A stretch of DNA of 41,817 nt from an uncultured Phenylobacterium sp. (GCA_945952175.1 CAMFHW010000001.1:1-41817); one strand, 5' to 3'. Positions 1 to 9,207 are shown, counted from the first letter of the stretch. Notes: generated by a model from the letters alone, not told the origin. A program made the numbers and translations.

Positions 1-1
1 G

Positions 2-577
2 GCCTCGACGGCGCCCGCCACGCCGGCTCCGGACGCCGCGGCCGCCCCGGCTGCGCCCGCCGCCCCAGCCGAGGCCGCCAAGCCCGAGCCGACCCTGCCG
101 ACCTCCGGCGACGGCTTCGAGATCACCCAGGTGCTGAGCAATGTCTGCATGCCCCTGGTGAAGGGCGGCGACTGGGTCCAGCTGGCCCAGGCCAACGGCT
201 TCAAGAAGGCCAAGAAGAACGGCGTGCAGGTGATGAGCAAGCAGCTCGGCGCCGACAAGGCCTATTCGATCACCCTGGAAAACCCGGGCTCGAACAAGGA
301 CGTCTGCAGCCTGACCCTGAACTACGCCATCGATGGCGAGAAGCCGATCATCGCGGCCCTCAACATCTGGTCCTACCTGCACGACCCCTTCATGCCGGTG
401 CAGCGCAACGACTTCACGCCGCCGACCGACTACAAGCGGATCACCAATTCGTGGGAATACTATGACGAGCACGTCTCCGACGGCCTCGTCTTCGTCCAGC
501 TGAAGAAGCCGGACGGCACGCCGGCGACCCCCAAGGCGGACTTGGCGACCCTGCTCTACAGCGAGCGGCACTTCTGA
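2..577 (+). CDS. Hypothetical protein, 5'-truncated by window edge
   Basis: Frame is open from base 2 (ASTAPATPAPDAAAAPAAPAAPAEAAKPEP..., Pro/Ala-rich linker) into the 131..577 ORF; codon usage typical of the window; no family recognised. Confidence 0.75.
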   Translation, partial: ASTAPATPAPDAAAAPAAPAAPAEAAKPEPTLPTSGDGFEITQVLSNVCMPLVKGGDWVQLAQANGFKKAKKNGVQVMSKQLGADKAYSITLENPGSNKDVCSLTLNYAIDGEKPIIAALNIWSYLHDPFMPVQRNDFTPPTDYKRITNSWEYYDEHVSDGLVFVQLKKPDGTPATPKADLATLLYSERHF

Positions 578-606
578 TCCCGGTCCTGGCCTGATCCGAG
601 AATTCC

Positions 607-669
607 AGGCGCCGGGGACGACCTCGGCGCCTTTCTCATGTCAGCGGGACGACCCGCGCGGAAAAGGAG
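607..669 (+). ncRNA. Guanidine-II (mini-ykkC) riboswitch
   Basis: Two hairpins with ACGA loops: AGGCGCCGGGG-ACGA-CCTCGGCGCCT (607-632) and GCGGG-ACGA-CCCGC (644-657), pyrimidine-rich linker TTTCTC, SD AAGGAG (664-669) directly ahead of an SMR gene. Confidence 0.93.
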
Positions 670-676
670 CTAGGCC

Positions 677-1003
677 ATGGCTTGGCTGGTTCTGTTCGTG
701 GCGGGCCTCTGCGAGGTCGGCTGGGCCGTTGGGCTCAAATACACCGAAGGCTTCACGCGGCCGATCCCGACCGCCTTCACCGCCGCCATGCTGGCGGCCT
801 CGATGGCGCTCTTGGCCTGGGCGGTGAAGACCCTGCCGCTGGGTACGGCCTATGCGATCTGGACCGGGATCGGGGCGGTGGGCGCGGTCGCGCTCGGCAT
901 CGTGCTGTTCAAGGAGCCGGTGACCCTGCCGCGGCTCTTCTGTGTCGGCCTGATCGTCGCCGGGATCCTGGGCCTGAAGCTGACGAGCGGGTCGGCGGCT
1001 TAG
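677..1003 (+). CDS. gdx: SMR-family guanidinium exporter Gdx (SugE)
   Basis: 108 aa, four hydrophobic segments, [20 protein letters not shown] with conserved Glu, [14 protein letters not shown] motif; upstream guanidine-II riboswitch. Confidence 0.93.
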   Translation: MAWLVLFVAGLCEVGWAVGLKYTEGFTRPIPTAFTAAMLAASMALLAWAVKTLPLGTAYAIWTGIGAVGAVALGIVLFKEPVTLPRLFCVGLIVAGILGLKLTSGSAA

Positions 1004-1020
1004 TTCGGCCAAAAATAGCC

Positions 1021-1060
1021 CGTCATCCCGGGTCTCCGCTTCGCTACGCCCGGGATGACG
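1021..1060. repeat. CGTC-tagged palindromic (REP-like) element, short form; possible bidirectional terminator
   Basis: CGTCATCCCGGG-N16-CCCGGGATGACG perfect 12-bp inverted repeat between convergent genes. Confidence 0.75.
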
Positions 1061-1067
1061 CGTTAGA

Positions 1068-1514
1068 TCAGCCCAAGCGCGCCATGGTCGCCGCGAGGGC
1101 GACCACCAGGATGAGCAGGGCCATCTGGTAGACCAGGAAGCGGCGGATGCGGGCGATCTCGCTGTCGGGCGGGGCGAAGCCGGGCTCGGTGGCCTGGGCC
1201 TTGCGCCAGCGCAGGAAGGCGATGGTCGGCGGGATCGACAGCAGGCCGATCAAGCCGAAGGCGCCCATCTTGGCCCAGAACCAGGGATTGCCGACGTAGT
1301 AGGCGTAGCCCTTGACCCCGTAGATCACCCGCAGCACGCCGATCACCACGATCAGCCCGGCCGTGCCGCCATAGCCGGCGTCGAGCCGGGCGAGGCGCGC
1401 GACCTCGGGACCGGCCAGGCCCGGCTTCAGCCGCGCGAGCTCGGTGGCCATCATCACCGCCAGGCCGAAGACGAGAATATGGTGGACGATGGCGAGCGTC
1501 AGGTCGGCGATCAT
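1068..1514 (-). CDS. DUF2214-like membrane protein
   Basis: 148 aa, four TM segments; LARLDAGYG, YYVGNPWFWAKMG and LLSIPPT motifs; ends MARLG. Confidence 0.8.
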   Translation of the reverse strand: MIADLTLAIVHHILVFGLAVMMATELARLKPGLAGPEVARLARLDAGYGGTAGLIVVIGVLRVIYGVKGYAYYVGNPWFWAKMGAFGLIGLLSIPPTIAFLRWRKAQATEPGFAPPDSEIARIRRFLVYQMALLILVVALAATMARLG

Positions 1515-1585
1515 GGGGTCTCCCGGAGGTGGACGGCGGGCCAGAACGGCAGCCTGCCCAAGTTCGGATGAGGCGTCACCCCGGC

Positions 1586-2284
1586 TCAGGGCAGGCGTTT
1601 CCAGACGATGTCCTCGCCCTCGCGCCGATCCAGGAAGCCGGTGATATGGCCGCTGGCGTCGCGCTGGAACATCTTGCGGACGCGAAGCTGGTCGGGTGCG
1701 AAGAGAATGTCGGCGGTTTCTGCTGCCAGCGGCTTACCGGGCTTGCCTTCGCGGCCGCCGACCAGGTGGTCGCCGTCCATGGCGATCACATAGACGAGGT
1801 CCGGGCCCGCGGCGTAGCGGCCGGCATAGTCGTCGAGGCGCGCGGGCGGCAGGACGATCGTCGGCGGGGCCTTGAGCGCGGCGTAGCTGTGGGTCGCCAG
1901 CACCTTCCAGCCGCCATCGCGGCGGACCCAGGTCTCGGTCATCAGGTAGCGGGCGGTGAGCTTCTGGCCATGGAAGGTCTCGAACTCGTTGAGGTGGAAC
2001 ACCGCGACGGCCACGTCGTCGCCGGAGGTGGTGATCCTGTAGTCGTCGTCGACATCGATATGGCCGGAGACGCCGGGCGGCAGGGGCGTGACCTGGTCCA
2101 GCATCTGGGCGCGGGTGAAGACCGCGCCGGATTCGTCGGCATAGACGGCGTCGGGCGCCATCAGCCGGTCCCAGACGGTGCGGTCGCCGGCCGAGACCGC
2201 GTCGACCAGGGCCTGGGACTGGGCGCGCAGGGTGTGGGGGAGATCGGAGGCGGCGGCGAGCAGGACGAGGGCGGCGAGGATCAT
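1586..2284 (-). CDS. Secreted NTF2/SnoaL-like (DUF4440) protein with C-terminal DUF3471-like domain
   Basis: Signal peptide MILAALVLLAAA; TETWVRRDGGWKVLATH typical NTF2-like end; LDDYAGRY start of DUF3471-like module. Confidence 0.7.
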   Translation of the reverse strand: MILAALVLLAAASDLPHTLRAQSQALVDAVSAGDRTVWDRLMAPDAVYADESGAVFTRAQMLDQVTPLPPGVSGHIDVDDDYRITTSGDDVAVAVFHLNEFETFHGQKLTARYLMTETWVRRDGGWKVLATHSYAALKAPPTIVLPPARLDDYAGRYAAGPDLVYVIAMDGDHLVGGREGKPGKPLAAETADILFAPDQLRVRKMFQRDASGHITGFLDRREGEDIVWKRLP

Positions 2285-2369
2285 CCCGCTATCTGCGCCG
2301 GGCTTCGCAGCAATGTCTTGAACCGATTTGACGCCGCGTCGGGGACCACCTTGCCGCGATCGCCCCGAC

Positions 2370-3140
2370 CTAGGCCGGCTCCGCGACCTTCGCCAGCCAG
2401 GTCAGGACCTCGCGGGCCACGTCCTCCCAGCCCGGCTCGCCGGGCAGCCAGTGGCTCATGCCGGCCATCTCGATGGCGGTTCCGCCCAGGCGGTCGGCGA
2501 TCTGGCGGGCGGTGGCGGGAGGGTGGACCACGTCGCGGGCGCCGGCCACCACCAGGCTCGGGGCGGGGAGCGGGCCGGGGCCGATGCTGGTGGTCATGAA
2601 CGGGTCCAGCCACCAGTTCAGCGTCTCCCAGAGCGCGCGGCCGCTCTCGGGCCGCATGCGGGCGATCGCCGCCTCGCGCTCGGGCTTGGCCAGGCGATCG
2701 AGACTGTAGGTGCGCGCGACCGTGCGGTCGGGATTGACCGCCTGCAGCCAGAAGGGCCCCAGCATGTGCAGGCCCACCGCCGAGATCGCCTCCTCCAGCG
2801 AGGCGCCGGCGATGCCCCAGGGCGGGGAGGGCGCCAGGAGGACCAGGGCGCGGAGCCTCGCCTTGCGCGCGGCCAGCTGGGCGGCGAGGCCGCCGAGCGA
2901 ATGGCCGAGCAGGACGGGCGGCTCGCCAAGCCCCTGGCAGAACCGTGCGATGTCGGCGGCGTAGTCGGACATTGACAGGCCGGTCACCGCAGAGGTCGGA
3001 TCGGCGGGGGCGTGGCCGCGCAGGTCGAGCGCATGGACCGCATGGCCGGCCGCCTCGAAGGGCGCGCGGAAATGCTCGAAGATCCAGGCGCCGCAGAAGG
3101 CGCCGTGCACCATGATGATCGGCGCCTTGGGAGAACTCAT
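2370..3140 (-). CDS. Alpha/beta hydrolase
   Basis: VHGAFCG oxyanion motif, DLRGH, GHSLGG nucleophile elbow, late Asp and SHW His. Confidence 0.88.
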   Translation of the reverse strand: MSSPKAPIIMVHGAFCGAWIFEHFRAPFEAAGHAVHALDLRGHAPADPTSAVTGLSMSDYAADIARFCQGLGEPPVLLGHSLGGLAAQLAARKARLRALVLLAPSPPWGIAGASLEEAISAVGLHMLGPFWLQAVNPDRTVARTYSLDRLAKPEREAAIARMRPESGRALWETLNWWLDPFMTTSIGPGPLPAPSLVVAGARDVVHPPATARQIADRLGGTAIEMAGMSHWLPGEPGWEDVAREVLTWLAKVAEPA

Positions 3141-3149
3141 GGCGCCTTC

Positions 3150-3653
3150 CTACAGGAGCCCGGAGCGCCCGGCACGCGCCGATGCGGCGTGGGGCGTGAA
3201 GGCGGCGACCACCGCCTCATAGATCGGCTTCTTGAAGGGCACGACGAGGCCGGGCGCTTCGTCGAGGTCGGCCCACCGCCAAGCGTCGAATTCCGGATGG
3301 CCGTAGGCCTCCAGGTCGATCTCGTCCTCCTGGCCCTCGAAGCGCAGGGCGAACCAGACCTGGCGCTGGCCCTTCCAGCCGCGGGCGATCTTGGAACCGG
3401 TGTGCTCGGGCGGGAAGTCGTAGGTGAGCCAGCCCTCGGTGCGGCCGAGTAGGGCGGTGGTGCGCACCCCGGTCTCCTCGGCGAGCTCGCGAAGGGCCGC
3501 GACCTCAAGGTCCTCGCCGTTGTCGACACCGCCTTGCGGGAACTGCCAGTTATACGGGCCGGGCGTGGCCGCGCGCCGGCCGAGCCAGACCCGCCCGTCC
3601 GCATGGAACAGCACCACCCCGACATTGGGACGGTAGGCTGAAAGATCGCTCAT
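3150..3653 (-). CDS. rppH: RNA pyrophosphohydrolase (Nudix)
   Basis: YRPNVG, WQFPQGG-x5-E-x7-RELAEETG Nudix box, GQRQVWF, HPEFDAWRW, VPFKK. Confidence 0.95.
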   Translation of the reverse strand: MSDLSAYRPNVGVVLFHADGRVWLGRRAATPGPYNWQFPQGGVDNGEDLEVAALRELAEETGVRTTALLGRTEGWLTYDFPPEHTGSKIARGWKGQRQVWFALRFEGQEDEIDLEAYGHPEFDAWRWADLDEAPGLVVPFKKPIYEAVVAAFTPHAASARAGRSGLL

Positions 3654-4807
3654 CGGCGGACGGTCAGGGCCGAGGCCGGGGCAAGCTGGTAGCCGCGCGA
3701 TTCCACCGACTGGGTCCAGGCGGCGACCTGGGCGAGCGTCACCGGATAGGCGAAGCCGGAGCCGAGCGCCTGGCCGTGCTGCAGGGCGCCGGCTTCCAGG
3801 GCCAGCAGCTGCTGATCGATGGAATCCTTGGAGAGCTGGTCATCGATGATGCGGTCGGCCGAGGCGCGGGGCAGGCCGCCGCCGCGCTTGGCGGCCGAGC
3901 CGTCGTCGATGAAGGCGAGCCCCCGACCCTTGAGCGCGCCGGAGAAGGCGCTCATCGCGCCGTCCGAGCCGACGAAGCGCGAGCCCAGATAGTTGGTCAC
4001 GCCGAAATAGCCGGTGGCGCGGCTGAGCAGCCATTCCAGCTTCTTCACCGTCTCCGGACCCTGGGCGTTGGCCATCAGGGTGTAGGGGCCGGGATCGTTC
4101 TGCGGATAGTCCACCGGCTCCATGGGCGCCTCGAGCAGCACCTCGTGGCCGTTGGCGCGGGCGAGGTCGATCCAGCCCTGCAGGCCCTCGGCATAGGGCA
4201 CGAAGGACAGGGTCACCTCGGGCGGGAGCTGCTCGATGGCCTGGCGCGTCGCGGTGGCGTTGAGGCCGAGCCCGCCGATCACCAGGGCCACCTTGGGCCG
4301 GCCATTGGAGGTGAAGGGACGCGAATAGGCCTGGGACGGGGTGCGGCCATCGGGCGCGATGATCGGCAGGAGGCCGCCGGGCCCCTGGGTGGTCATGCCG
4401 GCGATCGGCGCCTGGGGCAGGGGATCGGCGGTCTTGAAGGTATGGCCGCCCGGCATGGTGATGGTGGCCTCGCCGCTATAGGCGCCGGCGGCGATCGGCT
4501 CCTCCGAGAGGCGATAGATGTCCTCGGTGACCGTCGGGCCGCCCGGTTGTTCGGCGGCCAGGGCTTCGCGCCAGCCGGGAGGGGCGGCCATGGAAGCAAC
4601 CTTGGCCAGGGAGATCCGTACCGTGGGGTTGCCGGCATGGGGGTCGCCCAGGAGGGCGATCACGCCGAGGCCCGTGGCGAGGAACAGGGCCGCCGCCGCG
4701 CCCGCCCCGACATAGGGGTTGGCGATGGCGCGGCCGAGCAGCTCGGCGGCGTCGAAGCCCGGCGTCGGCGCGGCCGCGACGGGGTTCAGGTTACGCTTGG
4801 AAAACAT
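3650..4807 (-). CDS. Divergent polysaccharide deacetylase family protein (YibQ/DUF610-like)
   Basis: N-terminal TM; LPPEVTLSFVPY, GHEVLLEAPMEP, GVTNYLGSRF motifs; usual position between ctpA and rppH. Confidence 0.88.
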   Translation of the reverse strand: MFSKRNLNPVAAAPTPGFDAAELLGRAIANPYVGAGAAAALFLATGLGVIALLGDPHAGNPTVRISLAKVASMAAPPGWREALAAEQPGGPTVTEDIYRLSEEPIAAGAYSGEATITMPGGHTFKTADPLPQAPIAGMTTQGPGGLLPIIAPDGRTPSQAYSRPFTSNGRPKVALVIGGLGLNATATRQAIEQLPPEVTLSFVPYAEGLQGWIDLARANGHEVLLEAPMEPVDYPQNDPGPYTLMANAQGPETVKKLEWLLSRATGYFGVTNYLGSRFVGSDGAMSAFSGALKGRGLAFIDDGSAAKRGGGLPRASADRIIDDQLSKDSIDQQLLALEAGALQHGQALGSGFAYPVTLAQVAAWTQSVESRGYQLAPASALTVRR

Positions 4808-4839
4808 GCGGAGGCCTCCATGCCGGAGCCTCCGCGAAC

Positions 4840-4859
4840 ATGGTTAATGAAGGACTTAA
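4840..4859 (-). promoter_or_regulatory. Candidate CtrA-binding site upstream of yibQ-like gene
   Basis: Minus strand TTAA-GTCCTTCA-TTAACCAT; contains the TTAACCAT half-site motif, but the spacer is 8 nt rather than the canonical 7. Confidence 0.45.
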
Positions 4860-4899
4860 GCCGGGGTCGCGGGACGGCCGGACACGGGGTCGCACCGGC

Positions 4900-5799
4900 T
4901 CAGACGCGCCAGGCGTGAGTCCCCTCGCGCAGGCTGTCCCAGAGCGCCTCGGCGACCGGCCCATGCGGTCGGTCGCGCCGGCGCATCGCCGCCAGCACCT
5001 CCGTCCGGCCAGGCATGTGGCGGCCGCGCAGCGACAGGAGCCGGCCGTCGCGCAGGTCGTCCTCGATCAGGAAGCCCGGCAGGTGTCCCCAGGCCATGCC
5101 GTGCAGGATGAGCTCGCGCTTCATCTGGTGGTCGGGCGCCGAGCACTGGTGCGCGCCCTCGATCACGAAATGGCTCTCCGGCGCGGTGCGCCGCGCGGTG
5201 TCGCGCAGCAGGCACTGGGTGAGGGGGCGCATCTGTTCCGGCGTCAGCGCGTCGGTGATCGCGAACGGCAGAAAGCCCGGCGCGGCGACGGGAAGGAGCG
5301 TCACCTCGCCGAGCGCGACATGGTCCAGGCGTGGGTCGGCCAGGTCCAGCCGATGGAAGACCAGATCCGCCTCTCCGTCCGCCAGCCGCTCATAGGGGCC
5401 GCCGACCGCTTCATAGTCGAGATGCAGCCGCGTGCGGGGATGGTCCGCGAAGAAGCCGCTCAGGGCGCCGAGGATCGGCGCGCGCGGACAAAGGTCGCCG
5501 CACACCACCCGCAGGCGGGTCTCCTCTCCGCTGGCCAGCTGGCCCGCATAGCTGCTCAGTCCTTCGAGGTTCTCGAGCGCCAGCCGCGCGCGGGCGTGGA
5601 ACAGCTTGCCGGCGTCGGTCAGGGCGGCCCGGTAGCCGCTGCGATCCAGGAGCTTCAGTCCCAGCCGGTCCTCCAGGCGCGCCACGGCGGCGAACACCGA
5701 GGGATGGGTCCGGTTCAGGGCTCGCGCCGCAGCCTGGAAGCCACCCTCGCGGGCGACGGCGTCGAAGCAGCGCAGGTCGTGGATCTTGAAGTCGTCCAC
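4900..5799 (-). CDS. LysR-family transcriptional regulator
   Basis: N-terminal HTH (LRCFDAVAREGGFQAAARALNRTHPSVFAAVARLEDRLGLKLLDR), 299 aa, divergent from a hydrolase gene. Confidence 0.93.
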   Translation of the reverse strand: MDDFKIHDLRCFDAVAREGGFQAAARALNRTHPSVFAAVARLEDRLGLKLLDRSGYRAALTDAGKLFHARARLALENLEGLSSYAGQLASGEETRLRVVCGDLCPRAPILGALSGFFADHPRTRLHLDYEAVGGPYERLADGEADLVFHRLDLADPRLDHVALGEVTLLPVAAPGFLPFAITDALTPEQMRPLTQCLLRDTARRTAPESHFVIEGAHQCSAPDHQMKRELILHGMAWGHLPGFLIEDDLRDGRLLSLRGRHMPGRTEVLAAMRRRDRPHGPVAEALWDSLREGTHAWRV

Positions 5800-5801
5800 T
5801 A

Positions 5802-5814
5802 TCGGAGAATCCTA
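5802..5814. promoter_or_regulatory. Possible LysR T-N11-A recognition box
   Basis: TCGGAGAATCCTA with GGA/TCC dyad immediately upstream of the LysR start in an AT-rich divergent spacer. Confidence 0.3.
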
Positions 5815-5889
5815 CAAAGATCATCAGATCATAGTAATTTTTCCGGACGATGACGAGTCCTAGGTCTGTCGCGCCAAGGAGGCCTCGAC

Positions 5890-6690
5890 ATGACCACGAC
5901 TGAGCATTTCACCACCGGCGACGGTTGCCGGATCGCCTACAGGATCGACGGCGCGGAGGGCCGGCCAGTCCTGGTGCTGTCCAACTCCATCGCCACGGAC
6001 CTGCACATGTGGGACGGCGAGGTCGCCGCCCTGGCCGAACACTTCCGCGTCCTGCGCTACGACACGCGCGGCCATGGAGGGTCCGACGCGCCGGTCGGCG
6101 CCTATTCGCTGGACCGGCTCGGGCGGGATGTCCTCGAGCTGCTCGACGCGCTCGCGATCGAACGGGCGCATTTCTGTGGCCTGTCGCTGGGCGGCTTCAT
6201 CGGTCAATGGCTCGGCGTCCATGCGCCGGATCGGCTGGAGCGCCTTATCCTGTCCAACACCTCGCCCTATCTCGGCCCCGCGCCACAATGGGACGAACTG
6301 ATCCGCGCGATGCTGGCGGCGCCGGACCTGTCGGCGACGGCGGAGATGTTCATGGGCAACTGGTTTCCGAAGCGGATGTTCGAGACCGACCGGGACCTCA
6401 TCGAGGCTTTCCGCACGGCGGCCCTGGCCACGCCCGCCCGTGGCCTGGCGGGCTGCTTCGCCGTCGTGCGCGACTCGGACCTGAGGCGCACGATCGCCCT
6501 GATCACCGCCCCGACCCTAGTGATCGGCGGCCTGGACGACACCGTCACCCTGGCCAGCCACAGCGAGGCGATCGCGCAGACCATCCCGAGCGCCCGGCTG
6601 GTCCTGCTGCCGGGCGTGCATATGCTCAACGTGGAGCGGCGGGCCGAATTCCTCGCCGAAGCGATCGGGTTCCTGCTGGGCGATCGGTAA
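5890..6690 (+). CDS. 3-oxoadipate enol-lactonase-like alpha/beta hydrolase
   Basis: VLSNSIATDLHMWD, RYDTRGHGGS, GLSLGG motifs typical of PcaD/CatD; SD AAGGAGG; no other pca genes nearby so substrate uncertain. Confidence 0.85.
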   Translation: MTTTEHFTTGDGCRIAYRIDGAEGRPVLVLSNSIATDLHMWDGEVAALAEHFRVLRYDTRGHGGSDAPVGAYSLDRLGRDVLELLDALAIERAHFCGLSLGGFIGQWLGVHAPDRLERLILSNTSPYLGPAPQWDELIRAMLAAPDLSATAEMFMGNWFPKRMFETDRDLIEAFRTAALATPARGLAGCFAVVRDSDLRRTIALITAPTLVIGGLDDTVTLASHSEAIAQTIPSARLVLLPGVHMLNVERRAEFLAEAIGFLLGDR

Positions 6691-6743
6691 AGGAGCCTCC
6701 GCCGCGCCTTGGACGGCGAAGGCGTCGCGGGCGTCGAGGAAGG

Positions 6744-6845
6744 CGTCATCGTCGGCCTTGCGCCGGCGTCCCATAAGCGTCGAGGCCTCGGTCAGGCTCT
6801 CCGACGCGGAGATCATGGATGGCCGGGACGAGCCCGGCCATGACG
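6744..6845. repeat. CGTC-tagged palindromic repeat (paired, REPIN-like)
   Basis: Left arm CGTCATCGTCGGCCTTGCGCCGGCGTCCCAT (degenerate), right arm ATGGATGGCCGGGACGAGCCCGGCCATGACG; right part nearly identical to the copy at 26541-26579. Confidence 0.8.
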
Positions 6846-6855
6846 AGGTGGAGTC

Positions 6856-8253
6856 CTACTTCGCGACGGGGACCGGGTGCGGGTCGAGCTTCGGCGTGGA
6901 CTTGACGCCCACCACCTCGGCCAGGCGCGCCGACGGATGCGGCATCTTCGGCGTGGCGGCGACCGAGCCGAACTTCAGCACGTCCTTGGCGCGGGCGAGC
7001 TGGAAGTCGCCGGTCTTGGTGTCGAAGTCGTTCGGCGGAGCCTCGGCCGGCTCGTGGGCGCCGACGCGGCTCTTGCCTTCCTGGGCGTTGAGCGCGTTGC
7101 GGAACGAGGCCTCCGAGAACTGGAAGGCGCGGTTGGCGACGGCCTGGGCCTCGTCCTTGGTCTCGGCCACCTCGAGGTTCGGGATGATGCCGGTCTTCTG
7201 GATCGAGGCGCCGGACGGCGTGTAGTAGCGCGCCGTGGTCAGCTTCAAGGCGCCGTCGGCGCCGCCGCGCAGCGGGATGACGGTCTGGACCGAGCCCTTG
7301 CCGAAGCTGGTCAGGCCGACCAGTTCCGCGCGCTTGCGGTCCTGCAGGGCGCCGGCCACGATCTCGGCCGCCGAGGCGGTGCCGGAATTGATCAGGACCA
7401 CGATCGGCAGGCCGTTGGTGATGTCGCCGGGCCGGGCGTTGTAGCGCTCGACGTCGCGCGGATCGCGGCCGCGCTGGGAGACGATCTCGCCGCCGTCGAG
7501 GAACAGGTCGGAGACGCCGACCGCCTGGTCGAGCAGGCCGCCGGGATTGTTGCGCAGGTCGAGGATCAGCCCCTTCATCTTGGGGTTCTTCGCCTTGATC
7601 TCGGCGAAGGCGGCCTCGGCCTCGTCGGTGGTCTTCTCGTTGAAGGCCGAGATGCGGAGGTAGCCGTAGTCGCCTTCCAGCTTGGCGGTCGCCGACTTGG
7701 TCTTGATGACCTCGCGCACCAGCTTCACGTCGAAGGGATCGGTCTTCTCGCGGGCGATGGTCAGGGTGACCGTCTCGCCCGGCTTGCCGCGCATCTGCTT
7801 GACCGCGTCGGTCACCGACAGGCCCAGCACGCTCTCGCCGTTCACGGCGGTGATGAAGTCGCCGGCCTTGATCCCGGCCCGCGCGGCGGGGGTGTTGTCC
7901 ATGGGCGAGATCACCTTGACCACGCCATCCTCGCTGGTGACCTCGATGCCGAGCCCGCCGTATTCGCCGCGCGTCTGATCGCGCATGTCGTCGAAGCTCT
8001 CCGGATTCAGATAGCCGGAATGCGGGTCGAGCGAGGTGAGCATGCCGTCGATGGCCGCTTCGATCAGCTTCTTGTCGTCGACCTCGGTGACGTACTGCCG
8101 CTCGACCGTGTCGAGCACGTCGCCGAACAGCTCCAACATCTTGTAGGTCTTGGCCCGGGGCTGGGCCGAGGCCATCGCCTGCTGGCTCACATAGGCCATG
8201 GAGCCCGCGCCAAGCACGAAGGCCGAGACACCGATGAGGAGATACTTCTTCAT
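6856..8253 (-). CDS. ctpA: Carboxy-terminal processing protease (S41, PDZ)
   Basis: LDPHSGYL, GGLGIEV PDZ, ILDLRNNPGGLL, TASAAEIVAGALQD, SFGKGSVQT. Confidence 0.95.
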   Translation of the reverse strand: MKKYLLIGVSAFVLGAGSMAYVSQQAMASAQPRAKTYKMLELFGDVLDTVERQYVTEVDDKKLIEAAIDGMLTSLDPHSGYLNPESFDDMRDQTRGEYGGLGIEVTSEDGVVKVISPMDNTPAARAGIKAGDFITAVNGESVLGLSVTDAVKQMRGKPGETVTLTIAREKTDPFDVKLVREVIKTKSATAKLEGDYGYLRISAFNEKTTDEAEAAFAEIKAKNPKMKGLILDLRNNPGGLLDQAVGVSDLFLDGGEIVSQRGRDPRDVERYNARPGDITNGLPIVVLINSGTASAAEIVAGALQDRKRAELVGLTSFGKGSVQTVIPLRGGADGALKLTTARYYTPSGASIQKTGIIPNLEVAETKDEAQAVANRAFQFSEASFRNALNAQEGKSRVGAHEPAEAPPNDFDTKTGDFQLARAKDVLKFGSVAATPKMPHPSARLAEVVGVKSTPKLDPHPVPVAK

Positions 8254-8358
8254 ATCCTGGCCCTAGGGCTCCCTTGCGGCGGAATTGGGCCGCCTTAAGC
8301 GTTCACGTTCGTCATGGACCATTCCGGCGGTCCGAAAATTCAACGCCCCTGCCGGTCT

Positions 8359-9207
8359 TCAGCCGGCTTCCATCTTCAACCAGCGCCCGGGATCGATCGG
8401 CTCCCCGCGCTCGCGGACCTCCAGATAGAGTTCCGCCGCCGTTTGTCGCCCATCCGGCATCTCTCCGACAGGCGCCCCGGCCGCGACGGATTGTCCGAGA
8501 CCGACGTTCGCCCGGTCCAGACCAGCCAACACCAGATGGCATCCGCCGGACAGCCGCAAGATCAATATGACCCCCCAACCCTTAACCGGGCCTACATATT
8601 GGACAATCCCGCCATCGGGCGCATTCACCTTCGCGTGGGAGGCGGCAAGGATGGTCACGCCGTTCGCGCGCCCGCCGCCCGCAAGGGATTGGCCGAAGTG
8701 GTGGATGACCGGACCGGGCGTCGGCGGCACGAGGCTGGTCGGTAGCGTCACCGGCTGCTCGGCGAGGCCCGCCTTCAGGTCGACCGGTCCCGAGCCAGGC
8801 GTCAGGTGGTGGTCGGCGGCGGTGCTGTCGGCGGTGAACAGGGTCTCGTTGGCGACGGCGGCCAAACGTCGCTGGCGGGCGATTTCGCGGGCCTCGACGG
8901 CGTAGACCTTCGCGCGGCGCTCAAGCTCCGGGGTGATGGCCTTGACCAGGATGGCGGCGCGGGCGGCGTCGACGGCGTCCCTGGGGCTGACCAGCAGGGC
9001 CGGCGGCGGGTCGCGGCGATAGCGCTCCAGCACGGTCAGCAGGCGGGCGAAACGGTTGAGGTTCTTGCCCTGCTCGGCGTTCAGCGCGACCTCGCGCATG
9101 TTGAGCTTCTCGAGGCGCGCGCGGTTCCCCTGGGCCGAGGCGAGCGCGGCCGCCCCGGCCAGACCCGCGGCCAGCAGGCCGATCGCCAGCCAGCGCCGGG
9201 GCCGCAA
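8359..9207 (-). CDS. EnvC/LdpF-like murein hydrolase activator with degenerate M23 (LytM) domain
   Basis: Signal peptide, short coiled coil with PPALLVSP, C-terminal M23 fold lacking the Zn ligands (ANGVTI, ELYLEVR); directly upstream of ctpA. Confidence 0.82.
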   Translation of the reverse strand: MRPRRWLAIGLLAAGLAGAAALASAQGNRARLEKLNMREVALNAEQGKNLNRFARLLTVLERYRRDPPPALLVSPRDAVDAARAAILVKAITPELERRAKVYAVEAREIARQRRLAAVANETLFTADSTAADHHLTPGSGPVDLKAGLAEQPVTLPTSLVPPTPGPVIHHFGQSLAGGGRANGVTILAASHAKVNAPDGGIVQYVGPVKGWGVILILRLSGGCHLVLAGLDRANVGLGQSVAAGAPVGEMPDGRQTAAELYLEVRERGEPIDPGRWLKMEAG

